From an uncultured Bacteroidaceae bacterium (GTDB lineage: Bacteria; Bacteroidota; Bacteroidia; Bacteroidales; GCA-2748055), in contig CAZGKF010000006.1 in assembly GCA_964526475.1 (NCBI GenBank), positions 25,272 to 89,271 on the forward strand: DNA of 64,000 bases, in the 5' to 3' direction. The notes under the pieces are model-generated. The model was not told the DNA's origin. It searched no databases and was given only the letters and a program-made list of their open reading frames with translations. Shown in pieces: positions 16,882-27,388 of this stretch (within the stretch, counting starts at the first letter, position 1; each line of letters opens with the position of its first letter). Both the position numbers and the translations under genes were made by a program.

Positions 16882-17994
16882 ATGGAATCAAAAATGAACG
16901 AAATTATCCTTCGTGTATTAAACGGTGCATCCTCTCCTGAAGAAGATATAAAGTTAATGAAATGGATCAACGAGGATGATAACAATCTTCAAAACTTTGT
17001 TGAAACAGAAAATCTCTGGAATGCTGTTGATATTGTACTGAACCGACATCGTTATAATCCTGAAAAGGCATTTGCTGACTTCAAATCTAAAATTCAAACC
17101 TCTCGTGGGAAAAAAAGACAACATGCATCAGGTAGTGTAAAGAAATTGATTATTACAGTACTTTACCGCGCGGCCCTGGTTATTATGTTATTGAGTTTGG
17201 GTGGGCTTCTTGGACAGCTTGGATTGAGTTATTTGGGAGATGAAAAACCAATGTGTGAAGTGATCGTCCCATTAGGTGCACGCAGTAACATTAAACTCCC
17301 GGATGGTACTAATGTGTGGTTGAATGCTGAAAGTAGACTTCAATATGCACAAAACTTTAATACCAGGAAGAGGACGGTATTTCTTACAGGAGAAGGTTAT
17401 TTTGAAGTCGCAGAGAATGTTAACAAACCATTTGTTGTTAAAGCATCTGAAATTGAGATTACTGCATTAGGTACTATTTTTAATGTAAAATCATATCCAG
17501 AGGAAAAATTGGTCCAAACCACCTTAATTGAAGGATTGGTTATTATTAAAGGGGTATCGGATTCAAAACGAATTAACACTGTGATTCTCGAACCCAATCA
17601 GCAGGCGGTTTATTTTAAAGACTCAGTAAAAATCTCCTCTATAAAGAAACCTGAAGTACAAAATCCGTTACCGGTTAAATCCCCTGACATAATTAATAAT
17701 TATGTTCAGGCGAGTAAAATTATATTGAACAAGCAGGTTGATGCAAATGCTGTGATCGCATGGAAAGACAACAGTCTGATGTTTAGTAACGAAACCTTTA
17801 AAAGTATCGCAATTAAACTGGAAAGACGCTTTGATGTAGAAATCCTTTTTAATGATGAAGAGGTTATGAATTTCCATTTTTCAGGAAGATTTGATAATAT
17901 TAGCATTGAACAGGCACTTGGAGCGTTGAAATATGCTTCCCCTTTGTTCAATTATTCTATTGAAAAGGATGTTATATACATAACAAGAAAATAA
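16882..17994 (+). CDS. FecR-family anti-sigma factor/sensor
   Basis: 370 aa with a single TM segment (~residues 90-115) and a FecR domain pattern (VWLNAESRLQY, GEGYFEV, TALGTIFNV). Sits between the ECF sigma and the STN-containing SusC. Confidence 0.85.
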   Translation: MESKMNEIILRVLNGASSPEEDIKLMKWINEDDNNLQNFVETENLWNAVDIVLNRHRYNPEKAFADFKSKIQTSRGKKRQHASGSVKKLIITVLYRAALVIMLLSLGGLLGQLGLSYLGDEKPMCEVIVPLGARSNIKLPDGTNVWLNAESRLQYAQNFNTRKRTVFLTGEGYFEVAENVNKPFVVKASEIEITALGTIFNVKSYPEEKLVQTTLIEGLVIIKGVSDSKRINTVILEPNQQAVYFKDSVKISSIKKPEVQNPLPVKSPDIINNYVQASKIILNKQVDANAVIAWKDNSLMFSNETFKSIAIKLERRFDVEILFNDEEVMNFHFSGRFDNISIEQALGALKYASPLFNYSIEKDVIYITRK

Positions 17995-18069
17995 ATACCA
18001 ACTGATAACTAAACCTAAAAATTAATAAAACCATCGCCTATGAATGCATAAAAGCCCAAAACTAAAAAA

Positions 18070-18097
18070 CTGGGAAATAATATGAATTATTTCCCAG
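18070..18097. other. Perfect 12-bp stem hairpin between the anti-sigma gene and susC-like gene
   Basis: ctgggaaataat-atga-attatttcccag. On the + strand it is preceded by an A-rich tract (aaaactaaaaaa) and has no downstream T-run, so it is not a canonical + strand terminator. Confidence 0.3.
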
Positions 18098-18179
18098 TAA
18101 CTAACAGTTAAATTAACCTGGTGTAATACTGTCGAGGCATTACGTGTACCAGATATGTTAAACTATCAATCACAAATTT

Positions 18180-21100
18180 ATGAAAAAAAAATCAACTATT
18201 TCACTGTCAAATTTTTTGCAGAAAAATAAAAAACTACTATTAACGATGAAACTAATGGCAATAATCTTGACTATTACTGTTTTTCAAACGGTAGGGTCGG
18301 TGTATTCACAGAATACCACTTTTAATTTTCAACTGAAAAATGTTCCAATAAAAAACGTACTTCAGGAAATTGAAAATTCCAGTGAGTTTAAATTCCTTTA
18401 CCGATCAGAATTTCTGAATGTCAATCGTAAGGTTGATATTTTTGCAAACAACGAACGGGTGGAAACTATACTGGAAAGTATGTTTAACTCTCCCGACATT
18501 ACTTATCGCATTTTCGAAGATAATCTGATTGTTATCACTAATAAACGAATGATGCAAATGCAACCCAGGATTATAAGTGGTATAGTAAATCACGCCTCAA
18601 CCGGTGAAGCCCTTCCTGGGGTGAATGTGGTAGTTAAGGGTACTACTATTGGTACAATTACTGACATTAACGGTAATTTTCGTTTAGAGGTTCCAGCAGA
18701 TGCAATGGCACTTTTATTTTCGTTTGTGGGAATGAAATCGCAGGAAATTATTATAGAAGACAGAACTATAATTAACATCCAGATGGAGGAAGATATAGTC
18801 GGAATCGAAGAAGTGGTTGCAATTGGTTATGGAATTGTAAAGAGAAGTGATTTGACAGGCTCTGTGACGCGAATAGATTCGGATACATATGAATCGCAGG
18901 CTAAAACTCAAGTAACGGATATGCTTGCTGGTACTGTGGCGGGATTATATATGCAACAAGGTTCTTCAGCTTCTGGTATAGCACCAAGCATGGAAATCAG
19001 AGGTGTAAATTCATTATTAGCAAAATCTAACCCATTGATTGTAATTGATGGAGTTATCTTTAACGGCAATATTGAAAACATTAACCCTAATGATATCTCC
19101 ACTATTGATGTATTAAAAGATGCAAGTTCGGCTGCTATTTATGGAGCCAAAGCAGCTTCGGGTGTAATAATTATAACCACTTCAAAGGGACAAGGTCCCC
19201 CAAAAATAGGTTTTAAAACAACATTTGGAATTAGTGAAACTACACGTGATATCAAACCCTTTGATAAAAATGGATATTTAGATTTTAGAAGAGATTTGCT
19301 TAGGGAGAGCAGCCCAAAGGAAGATTATTATTATTTTAATCCAAACGAGCTTCCTGGTTCAATATCTATCGATGAATGGAGGAATTATAGTGCTAATCCT
19401 GCTGAAGACAATACTATGGAATGGTTGAGTCGCCTTTCCTTTTGGCCCATTGAAATGCAGAATTATATTGAAGGTAATACTGTAGATTGGTATAACAAAG
19501 TGATGCAAAAAGGTATCAGGCAAACCTATGATATTAATGCAAGTGGTGGGTCAAATGATATGTCATATTATTTTTCATTGGGACATACAAATAATGAAGG
19601 AATAATATTCGGGGATAAATATTCTATATTTCGCGCAAGATTAAATTTTGATGTAAAAGTTGCTGATTTTATTAATGTAGGCTTAAATACGCAATTTTCC
19701 AACAAAGAAGAAGATGAAATTCCTGCGAATTTAAGCCATATGTATGCAGTTAGTCCATATGGTAGCAATTATAACGACGACGGAACATTAAAATTATACC
19801 CACATGATTATACTCCTGCGAGGAACCCATTCCTGGATGATTACTACAGTGATTATTATTATAAAGAAAATTCACTATTTTCATCTTTGTATGCACAATT
19901 AAAACTTCCATTCAATATTAGTTACAGATTATCCTATCAACCTCGATTTGATTTTGTTCAATACCTTAATTTTAGAGAAACTGCACATACACCAGCTTTT
20001 GGAACACGTATCAATACAAATACATACGAATGGATTATTGATAACCTGGTAAAATGGAATAAGAACATAGGAGTTCATAATTTTGATTTAACCCTTCTCT
20101 ATAGTGCAGAAAAAAATCAAAATTGGAGGTCAGTTTTGGAAAATACCAATTTCATGCCAAACGAAATCCTTTCTTATCATGCAATTAGTCTAGGGAGTTT
20201 CCCCTTTGTTAATTCTAATGATATGTACCATACAGGTGATGCAGCATTAGCCAGATTAAATTATACTTTGTTGGATAAATATCTTTTTACGGCATCAATA
20301 AGAAGAGATGGATTCTCTGCCTTTGGGAAGAGTAACCCCAGAGCGAATTTTCCTTCCTTAGCATTTGCGTGGAAGCTGCATGAGGAAGACTTTTTTAATT
20401 TAAATTGGGTTTCTCAGGCTAAGTTGCGGATTTCTTGGGGGATAAATGGTAACAGAGATATTGGAATTTATTCTGCTCTTTCCAGGATGAAACCTTCATA
20501 TTATTATGATGGGTCGTCAGTCGCAATTGGAATAATAGCTGATAATCTGGAGAATCATGATTTGAGGTGGGAAAAAACATATTCAACTAATTTTGGTTGC
20601 GACCTTTCTTTTTTACAGAATCGCATTAATCTCAGTGCTGATTATTATATCTCAACAACAAAGGATTTATTGATGAATAGGAGTCTTCCTATTATTACTG
20701 GATTTGAAGATATGGCAGTAAATCTTGGAGAAATGGCTAATCATGGATTTGAGATGACCCTTAATTCAGTAAATGTTAGTACTCAAAAATTGAATTGGAA
20801 AACAAATTTTGTTTTTTATTATAATAGGAATGAGATTAAAAAATTATATGGCGATCAAGGTACTTATATAATAAAAGGAGAAACCCTTACAGGGGAACTG
20901 CCAGACTACAGTAACAAATGGTTCCCGGGTCATCCTCTTGATGCTGTTTGGGATTATAAAGTGCAAGGTGTGTGGCAACTTGACGAAGCAACTGATGCCG
21001 CTAACGTTAACTTAAAACCAGGGGATTATAAGGTTATTGATTTAAATGGTGACGGATTATACACAGAGACAGAAGATAAACAATTTATTGGTTATTCCAA

Positions 21101-21557
21101 ACCAAGATATAATTTCGGATTACGTAATACCTTTACCCTTTTAAAGAACTTATCGGTTTCTGTTTATTTACGCGCTGATCTGGGACATATGGGTGCATTA
21201 CCGCAAGCAATACACTCGGGTAGTAATACCTACCACGTACTTAACACTCGGGCAGTTCCTTATTGGACAAAAGATAATCAGGAATCTGTTTGGGCTCGTT
21301 TGAATGTTATCAATAGTGTATATGATGGGGGATATAATGTATATTTTTCTCGTTCATTTGTAAGAATACAGGATTTAAGCTTAACCTATTCATTGCCTCA
21401 GGAAATTTGTAAGCGAATGAAACTTAGTGATCTTCAAATATTTACTTCTGTTAGAAATCTATACACTTTTGACAAATGGGAAGATTTTGATCCTGAAACT
21501 GATTATAGAACTCCTATGCCCAGAACTTATACATTTGGGCTAAATATTGAATTATAA
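18180..21557 (+). CDS. SusC/RagA-family TonB-linked outer membrane protein with N-terminal STN signalling domain
   Basis: 1125 aa with STN-like N-terminus (VPIKNVLQEIENSSEFKFLY), carboxypeptidase-regulatory-like domain (ISGIVNHASTGEALPGVNVVVKGT), plug (DVLKDASSAAIYGAKAASGVIIITT) and a C-terminal barrel ending in YTFGLNIEL. Confidence 0.9.
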   Translation: MKKKSTISLSNFLQKNKKLLLTMKLMAIILTITVFQTVGSVYSQNTTFNFQLKNVPIKNVLQEIENSSEFKFLYRSEFLNVNRKVDIFANNERVETILESMFNSPDITYRIFEDNLIVITNKRMMQMQPRIISGIVNHASTGEALPGVNVVVKGTTIGTITDINGNFRLEVPADAMALLFSFVGMKSQEIIIEDRTIINIQMEEDIVGIEEVVAIGYGIVKRSDLTGSVTRIDSDTYESQAKTQVTDMLAGTVAGLYMQQGSSASGIAPSMEIRGVNSLLAKSNPLIVIDGVIFNGNIENINPNDISTIDVLKDASSAAIYGAKAASGVIIITTSKGQGPPKIGFKTTFGISETTRDIKPFDKNGYLDFRRDLLRESSPKEDYYYFNPNELPGSISIDEWRNYSANPAEDNTMEWLSRLSFWPIEMQNYIEGNTVDWYNKVMQKGIRQTYDINASGGSNDMSYYFSLGHTNNEGIIFGDKYSIFRARLNFDVKVADFINVGLNTQFSNKEEDEIPANLSHMYAVSPYGSNYNDDGTLKLYPHDYTPARNPFLDDYYSDYYYKENSLFSSLYAQLKLPFNISYRLSYQPRFDFVQYLNFRETAHTPAFGTRINTNTYEWIIDNLVKWNKNIGVHNFDLTLLYSAEKNQNWRSVLENTNFMPNEILSYHAISLGSFPFVNSNDMYHTGDAALARLNYTLLDKYLFTASIRRDGFSAFGKSNPRANFPSLAFAWKLHEEDFFNLNWVSQAKLRISWGINGNRDIGIYSALSRMKPSYYYDGSSVAIGIIADNLENHDLRWEKTYSTNFGCDLSFLQNRINLSADYYISTTKDLLMNRSLPIITGFEDMAVNLGEMANHGFEMTLNSVNVSTQKLNWKTNFVFYYNRNEIKKLYGDQGTYIIKGETLTGELPDYSNKWFPGHPLDAVWDYKVQGVWQLDEATDAANVNLKPGDYKVIDLNGDGLYTETEDKQFIGYSKPRYNFGLRNTFTLLKNLSVSVYLRADLGHMGALPQAIHSGSNTYHVLNTRAVPYWTKDNQESVWARLNVINSVYDGGYNVYFSRSFVRIQDLSLTYSLPQEICKRMKLSDLQIFTSVRNLYTFDKWEDFDPETDYRTPMPRTYTFGLNIEL

Positions 21558-21587
21558 TATTAAGATAATCTGATAAAATAAGAAATT

Positions 21588-23372
21588 ATGAAATCAAAAA
21601 TATATATTACAACGTGGATTTTTGCAATTTTTGTTTTGTTCCAGAATTCTTGTTCCGAGAACTGGTTAGATCCCAATCCTCTTTCTTTTTATGCTCCGGA
21701 GAATATTTTTGTAGATAAAGAAGGTTTTGATGCGCTAATAGTGACTATGAGAAAGAGCCTCTTACAGGAGAATCATGGTGGTCATCGTGCACTGACAGTT
21801 AATGAAACTAGTTTGTCAGATTTAGGTGTTCCCGGGACTATGAGTAACCAGGTAGCTAAAGATTTGGACATTATGTTAACACCTGTTGAAAATAGCCTGG
21901 AAAATTATACCAAGCTGTTCAATATAAGCTATTTAGAAATAAAAAACACAAATACTTTAATCTCTAAGATCGATTTAATATCCTGGGAATCAGAGTTGGA
22001 AAGAAATGAATTATTAGCTGAAGCATATTTTTTCAGATCATATTGGTATTATCGATTGATACATGCATTTGGTGATGTACCATTTATAGGTCAGGAAATT
22101 TCATCTCCCAAGCTAGATTTCTATACGCATTCCAGAGGTGCAATACTTAAAAAAATTATTTCTGATATGGAATTCGCTGTAGAATGGCTTCCTGTTAATG
22201 CAGTTATAGGGGCAGCGACAAAAGGAGCGGGGGATCATTTGCTTACAAAGCTATATCTTGCTAATTCTGATTTTGATAAAGCTATAGAGTCTGCCACCAG
22301 GGTAATTGGGGGAGGAAAATATTCTTTAATGAAAAACCGGTTTGGTATTGTAGCCAACGATCCAATTCGTAATGTTATATGGGATTTATTTCGACCGGAG
22401 AATATTTCTATTCCCCAGAATACTGAAACTATATTAGCGGCTATTGATCGCTATGAAGCTCCTTCAGATGCCAAAACCATCGGATGCAGGAAACCTGCAC
22501 AATATGGAATGAATTGGTGGGGGGTAAGAGTTTTAGATAGTCAAGGGAAACCAGGGACAATGCTTAATCCTATCACTCCCATGAGAGATTCATTGCTTGC
22601 GGGTAATACTCACTGCCGTTTTAATCCTTTTTATAAATTTGATATTTGGAATGATGGCACATATACCTGGGAGAATACTACTGATTTGAGAAGAAGTGAT
22701 ATTTGCTGGATTGATCCATGGGAGTTGCGGTATAACCGTCCACAATCAGTGGATTTTAATAAACCAATAAATTGGCAATATTACGGATCAGCAACTGATA
22801 CTTTTCAATGGTATACATCCTGGCCTTATTATAAGTGTTTATATCCTGCTCAGGAAAGTGCAAATAAAAATGGAGGAAATGGTGATCATTATGTTTTCCG
22901 GTTAGCAGAAACATATCTGTTAAGAGCTGAAGCTTATTTTTGGAAAAATGATCTGATTAATGCAGCAAATGATATTAATCAAGTTAGAGAACGAGCGAAT
23001 GCTATACCTGTTTTAGCTAATGAAGTAACCATTGATTATATCATGGATGAGCGTGCCAGGGAACTAGCAACTGAAGAACCAAGAAATAATGAGTTAACCA
23101 GGGTTTCCTATATAATGGCAGAAAATCAAATTGGTGGCTATAACATGGAAGACTTTAGTGTGGAGAATTATCTTTACGACAGGATAATAAGCAGGAACCT
23201 ATTTTACAGAACAAATTATTTCTATAATGGCACTTATAGGATATCTCCTTATCATGTACTCTGGCCAATACCAAATACTGTTATTACAGCAAATACAATG
23301 GGTGTTATCAATCAAAATCAAGGTTATTTCGGCACAGAGAAAAATGTGCCTCCTCTTGAGGTCATAGAATAA
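21588..23372 (+). CDS. SusD/RagB-family nutrient-binding outer membrane lipoprotein
   Basis: 594 aa with a lipoprotein signal (FQNSCSENW), SusD-like TPR core (AEAYFFRSYWYYRLIHAFGDVPF; FRLAETYLLRAEAYFW), directly after the SusC-like gene. Confidence 0.85.
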   Translation: MKSKIYITTWIFAIFVLFQNSCSENWLDPNPLSFYAPENIFVDKEGFDALIVTMRKSLLQENHGGHRALTVNETSLSDLGVPGTMSNQVAKDLDIMLTPVENSLENYTKLFNISYLEIKNTNTLISKIDLISWESELERNELLAEAYFFRSYWYYRLIHAFGDVPFIGQEISSPKLDFYTHSRGAILKKIISDMEFAVEWLPVNAVIGAATKGAGDHLLTKLYLANSDFDKAIESATRVIGGGKYSLMKNRFGIVANDPIRNVIWDLFRPENISIPQNTETILAAIDRYEAPSDAKTIGCRKPAQYGMNWWGVRVLDSQGKPGTMLNPITPMRDSLLAGNTHCRFNPFYKFDIWNDGTYTWENTTDLRRSDICWIDPWELRYNRPQSVDFNKPINWQYYGSATDTFQWYTSWPYYKCLYPAQESANKNGGNGDHYVFRLAETYLLRAEAYFWKNDLINAANDINQVRERANAIPVLANEVTIDYIMDERARELATEEPRNNELTRVSYIMAENQIGGYNMEDFSVENYLYDRIISRNLFYRTNYFYNGTYRISPYHVLWPIPNTVITANTMGVINQNQGYFGTEKNVPPLEVIE

Positions 23373-23567
23373 TAAAGATAAGACAGGTTGCAGGTTTGAT
23401 GGTTCGGATTGAATTTTTTATATATACTTAAAAAAGTAAAATAATAATCAGTTATAAAAACAATTTGGTTTTTTTAGGTTATAATAAAAATTTAAAAAAC
23501 GTTTTTTAGAATCATCATTAATGCAGACGTTCTTAGTTTAAATTTTTAATTAATAAATATATACAAA

Positions 23568-25418
23568 ATGAAAAAGCAATTAAATCTGACTTTTTTAATA
23601 ATTGCATTAGCAATTTCACTAATTATTAGTTCTTCTGGGTGTAATGCGGCTGAGAATCAAAATTTTTCAAGTCATGATATTTCGATAAAAGTAGAAAAGC
23701 AAGGGAAAATTTTATTACTTAGTGGGGTTGTTCCTCGGGGAGTTCATGAGGTTGAGTTAAGAATAGACAGCGACCGTAATAAAAAGATATCTCATGTGAA
23801 AGAGGTATCTCCAAATAATCCCAATCAGGAAATAAATCAAAGACCAGGGAACATTTATTATCCGGTAGTAGATATAATCTTGGAAAGGGGCATGGAAGGC
23901 ATGGCAGGTTTTTCAAATTGCAACAATGATGATTCCTGCATTATTAATGGTCCTTTTTATAAACGGAAACAGCTTGTTCAGCCATGGTTAAGTATTCATG
24001 GAAATGTTTTAAAAGGCTGGGAGAATTCTTTTTTCATTAACACCAGTTCCTGTCAACTTAATACATTTTATATAAAAAAGCAATATCCTTTAGCTACCAG
24101 ACAGCTAGATATTAAAATTGAATTGCTCTCTGAACATTGGGAAGGAACAATTTCAGTTTACGATGTAACTAATAAAAAAGAGATGTTGTTCAGTGGTGAA
24201 ATTCTCTCAGGAGAATATTCTCCGCCTTATTATTTTGAAAGCGGTTTAGATAGGGATCGTCTTTTAAAAGCACTTGAAGGATGTGTAGGTTATACCAAGC
24301 GCAGCCAGGTGAAAGATCCCTGCTTTCCTACCAACGGAGGACTATTTTTATTTTATGATCTGGATGCTAAGCTTTATAGAAGTGATTATTGGATTTGGGG
24401 TTGGGGGCCAAGTGTTGCTATGCTTTTAAGGGCTTCTGACATTCTCACAGACCAGAAAATTGAATTGGTTCAGTCTGCAAAGGAAATTGGAGAAGCAAGT
24501 CTAAGGTTCTTATGGAAACAACCGGGATCACTCGAAAATGATATAATGATTAGCCTTTGGGGGCGTGGTTTGCAATACAAGGATGGATACGGGGGAATAT
24601 TATGCTTGGCCGACGCACTCTTTTTAGCCGGATGGGCATGGGTTCCACTTTATGAATATACGGGAGAGAAAAAATACCTGGATATTACAGCCCATCATTG
24701 CCAGGTTGCAGATGAGTTACTAAAGGAATGGATTATTATTCCTCACAATTATCATTTTGATGAACAAAGATGGGGTGACTGGACGATTGATGAAACTGGT
24801 TTTGGAGTGGAAGGATATGCTGAGATTTTCAGAATTACTCCGGAAAAAGCATACCAGGATGGTGGTCGCATATATATTGACAGACATCTTGATTTGTTTG
24901 AAAGACCAGATGGATTATGGAACAGACATTATTCTTTTACTGATTCTATAATAACTCCAACTGGTCATATAACCCGCAGTTTAGGATGGGCCATGGAGGG
25001 ATTACTGGCCGCACATCGTCTTCTGCCCGAAGAAGGATATCTTGATAAAGCAAAAAAAATGGCAAAACATTTGCTGGATTTCCAGAGACCTGAAGGTTAC
25101 TGGACATTTTCATTCAGCAAACCCGTCCCGGAAGTTGGAATTTCTGAAAAAGGCACTGCTTTGTGGAGTTATTTGTTGTATGAATTATATGCGGCAACTG
25201 GAGAAAAAGTATACCTTGATGCAGCCAGAAAAGCACTTAAATGGTGCATGAGTGTTCAATACGACGGAAGTGACCCTGAAGCCTTTGGCAGTGTAGTAGG
25301 AAACACAGCCCAATCTGCTGTTGGATATCGGGCATGGTACAATGTTTCCTGCACTTACACGACTGCTTTTATGGGGTTGGCAATTCTTCAAGAGTTGTCT
25401 TTAAAGGATGTTAAATAA
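23568..25418 (+). CDS. Lipoprotein with probable (alpha/alpha)6-toroid glycoside-hydrolase-like C-terminal domain; family not resolved
   Basis: 616 aa with lipobox SSSGC. Repeated aromatic-rich helical hairpin pattern (DYWIWGWGPSVAMLL, FLAGWAWVPLYEYTGEKKYLD, LLDFQRPEGYWTF, YLDAARKALKW). PUL context beside a sulfatase. Confidence 0.35.
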   Translation: MKKQLNLTFLIIALAISLIISSSGCNAAENQNFSSHDISIKVEKQGKILLLSGVVPRGVHEVELRIDSDRNKKISHVKEVSPNNPNQEINQRPGNIYYPVVDIILERGMEGMAGFSNCNNDDSCIINGPFYKRKQLVQPWLSIHGNVLKGWENSFFINTSSCQLNTFYIKKQYPLATRQLDIKIELLSEHWEGTISVYDVTNKKEMLFSGEILSGEYSPPYYFESGLDRDRLLKALEGCVGYTKRSQVKDPCFPTNGGLFLFYDLDAKLYRSDYWIWGWGPSVAMLLRASDILTDQKIELVQSAKEIGEASLRFLWKQPGSLENDIMISLWGRGLQYKDGYGGILCLADALFLAGWAWVPLYEYTGEKKYLDITAHHCQVADELLKEWIIIPHNYHFDEQRWGDWTIDETGFGVEGYAEIFRITPEKAYQDGGRIYIDRHLDLFERPDGLWNRHYSFTDSIITPTGHITRSLGWAMEGLLAAHRLLPEEGYLDKAKKMAKHLLDFQRPEGYWTFSFSKPVPEVGISEKGTALWSYLLYELYAATGEKVYLDAARKALKWCMSVQYDGSDPEAFGSVVGNTAQSAVGYRAWYNVSCTYTTAFMGLAILQELSLKDVK

Positions 25419-25433
25419 TATAATGCTATCCGT

Positions 25434-26825
25434 ATGAAGTTATTCAGATTATTTTTTGCGTTGATATTTGTCATGCTTTTTGATAAAGGCCGCTCTCTGT
25501 TAGCACAAAAACCTAATATAATAATTATAATAGCCGATGATCTTGGATATGGAGAGTTGGGGTGTTATGGGAGTAAGGATATTAAATCACCAAATATTGA
25601 CCGACTTGCCAATGAAGGAGTCAGACTCACAAATTTTTATGCAAATTCTGCTGAATGCACACCCACAAGAGTAGCTATTCTTACAGGAAAATACCAGCAA
25701 CGGGTAGGAGGCCTTGAATGCGCTATAGGTATGGGGAATATTGGGAGATATGATGAAGCAATATGGCTGGCTGCACAAAAAGAATTAGGTTTACCGTCTG
25801 ATTACTCAACCCTTACTAAAGAATTGAAAATATCTGGTTATAATACGGCAAATATAGGCAAGTGGCACCTGGGGTATGAAGAAAAGTTCAGGCCAGTTAA
25901 TCATTTCTTTGATTATTCTTTAGGCCCGCTTGGTTATGGAGGTGATTATTTCTATCATGTAGAACAATTCCCCTTTGAGTTAGCAGGATTTACAGGTGCG
26001 CACACTTTGGCAAGGAATGGAAAAGAAATTTTTCGTCCTGGTTATTATAGTACACATCTTTTTACAGATGAAGCAAAAGCATGGATAAACAAACAAAGCA
26101 GTAACAAGCCATTTTTTCTTTTTCTCACATATACAGCACCTCATTTTCCTTATCAGGGTTCAGAGGATTATAATAAAGATGTTGCATGGAAAATGCAAAA
26201 TCGTGAAACTTACGTTAACATGGTAACTGAAATGGACAGAGGTATTGGGGAAATTGTTGAAATACTTGAAAGAAAAAATCTCGACCAGAATACAATAGTT
26301 GTTTTTATCAGTGACAATGGAGGAATCCCCGCTGCTGATAATGGAATTTTCAGAGGGCATAAAGGACTGCTCTATGAAGGAGGAATTCGGGTTCCATGCA
26401 TAATCCGATGGCCTGGAAAAATTGCAAAGAATACCGTTTCTGATCAAATGGCAATAGGTTTTGACCTGACTTATTCTTCTTTGGTTTATGCTGGGGCTGA
26501 CACAGATGAACTTTTAATGGACGGATTTGACATAATTAACCATGTAGTAAACAAAAGAAATAATATAAACAGGACTTTATATTGGAGATATAAGAGAGAA
26601 AACTTTATACGTAAAGCAATCCGGGAGGGTGATATGAAATATTTAATTGAATATTCAGATAATAAAGAGGTTTATAGAAACCTGTTCAACATAAAAATGG
26701 ATCCAACTGAGTCAAGAAATCTTACAGACTCTTTACCTGATTTGGTTGAAACTTTACATAAGAAAATTATTGAATGGGAAAAAATGGTTGAATCACCAAG
26801 ATTGGCAGATTTTAATAAGAACTAA
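25434..26825 (+). CDS. Sulfatase (formylglycine-dependent, arylsulfatase A family)
   Basis: 463 aa with signal peptide, IIIADDLGYGELGCYG, FGly motif CTPTR, GKWHLG, ISDNGG. Confidence 0.9.
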   Translation: MKLFRLFFALIFVMLFDKGRSLLAQKPNIIIIIADDLGYGELGCYGSKDIKSPNIDRLANEGVRLTNFYANSAECTPTRVAILTGKYQQRVGGLECAIGMGNIGRYDEAIWLAAQKELGLPSDYSTLTKELKISGYNTANIGKWHLGYEEKFRPVNHFFDYSLGPLGYGGDYFYHVEQFPFELAGFTGAHTLARNGKEIFRPGYYSTHLFTDEAKAWINKQSSNKPFFLFLTYTAPHFPYQGSEDYNKDVAWKMQNRETYVNMVTEMDRGIGEIVEILERKNLDQNTIVVFISDNGGIPAADNGIFRGHKGLLYEGGIRVPCIIRWPGKIAKNTVSDQMAIGFDLTYSSLVYAGADTDELLMDGFDIINHVVNKRNNINRTLYWRYKRENFIRKAIREGDMKYLIEYSDNKEVYRNLFNIKMDPTESRNLTDSLPDLVETLHKKIIEWEKMVESPRLADFNKN

Positions 26826-26848
26826 TTATTTGAGTTTTCCCGTTATTA

Positions 26849-27388
26849 TTGCTGAGTTTTAGGGAAATATCTATATTAATAGACGATTGTAAAGAAGAAG
26901 AACTAAGAGCTCTGGCAAAGTATATTTATTTAAAACTTGGATTGGAAGATGAAAAACCGAAAGATTTTCTGGCAAAGGAAAATGTTTATCTTAACGAAAA
27001 TATTAAATTACGTCCTGATACTATAATTACCGGTCTGTCTGTTCCCTGGGGGCTTGCTTTCCTGCCCGACGGAGATATGCTGGTAAATGAAAGGGATGGG
27101 AAAATGCTCCGGTACAATAGAAATGGAGACCTCCTTGCTTAAATTAAGGGTTTACCTGATATACATCCACGGGGACAGGGAGGATTGATGGATATAAGGC
27201 TTCATCCTGATTACCAGTCTAATGGATGGATATATTTTGCATATTCTTACAGAACCAGAAAGCCTGATGATGGCTGGAATACTGCATTAATGAGGGCGAA
27301 ACTGAAAGATAATACCCTGATTGAAAAGCAACTACTTTTTGAAGCAATACCTGGAAGTGTTCGTGGACAGCTTACTTTCCCGGGATGA
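26849..27388 (+). pseudogene. Remnant of a PQQ-dependent sugar (glucose/sorbosone) dehydrogenase gene
   Basis: Two track ORFs share one frame and are separated by a single TAA at 27140-27142: ...GLSVPWGLAFLPDGDMLVNERDGKMLRY...[28 protein letters not shown].... There is no ATG start and no signal peptide. Only ~180 of the ~380 expected codons remain. The end overlaps the convergent hlyIII-like gene. Confidence 0.6.

Noticed and set aside
16460-16891. 143-aa minus-strand ORF spanning the sigma/anti-sigma gap
   Set aside because: It overlaps the 3' end of the ECF sigma gene in antisense. The sequence is dominated by K/R runs (KKKRKGRNK) coming from A/T-rich spacer DNA, so it is most likely spurious.
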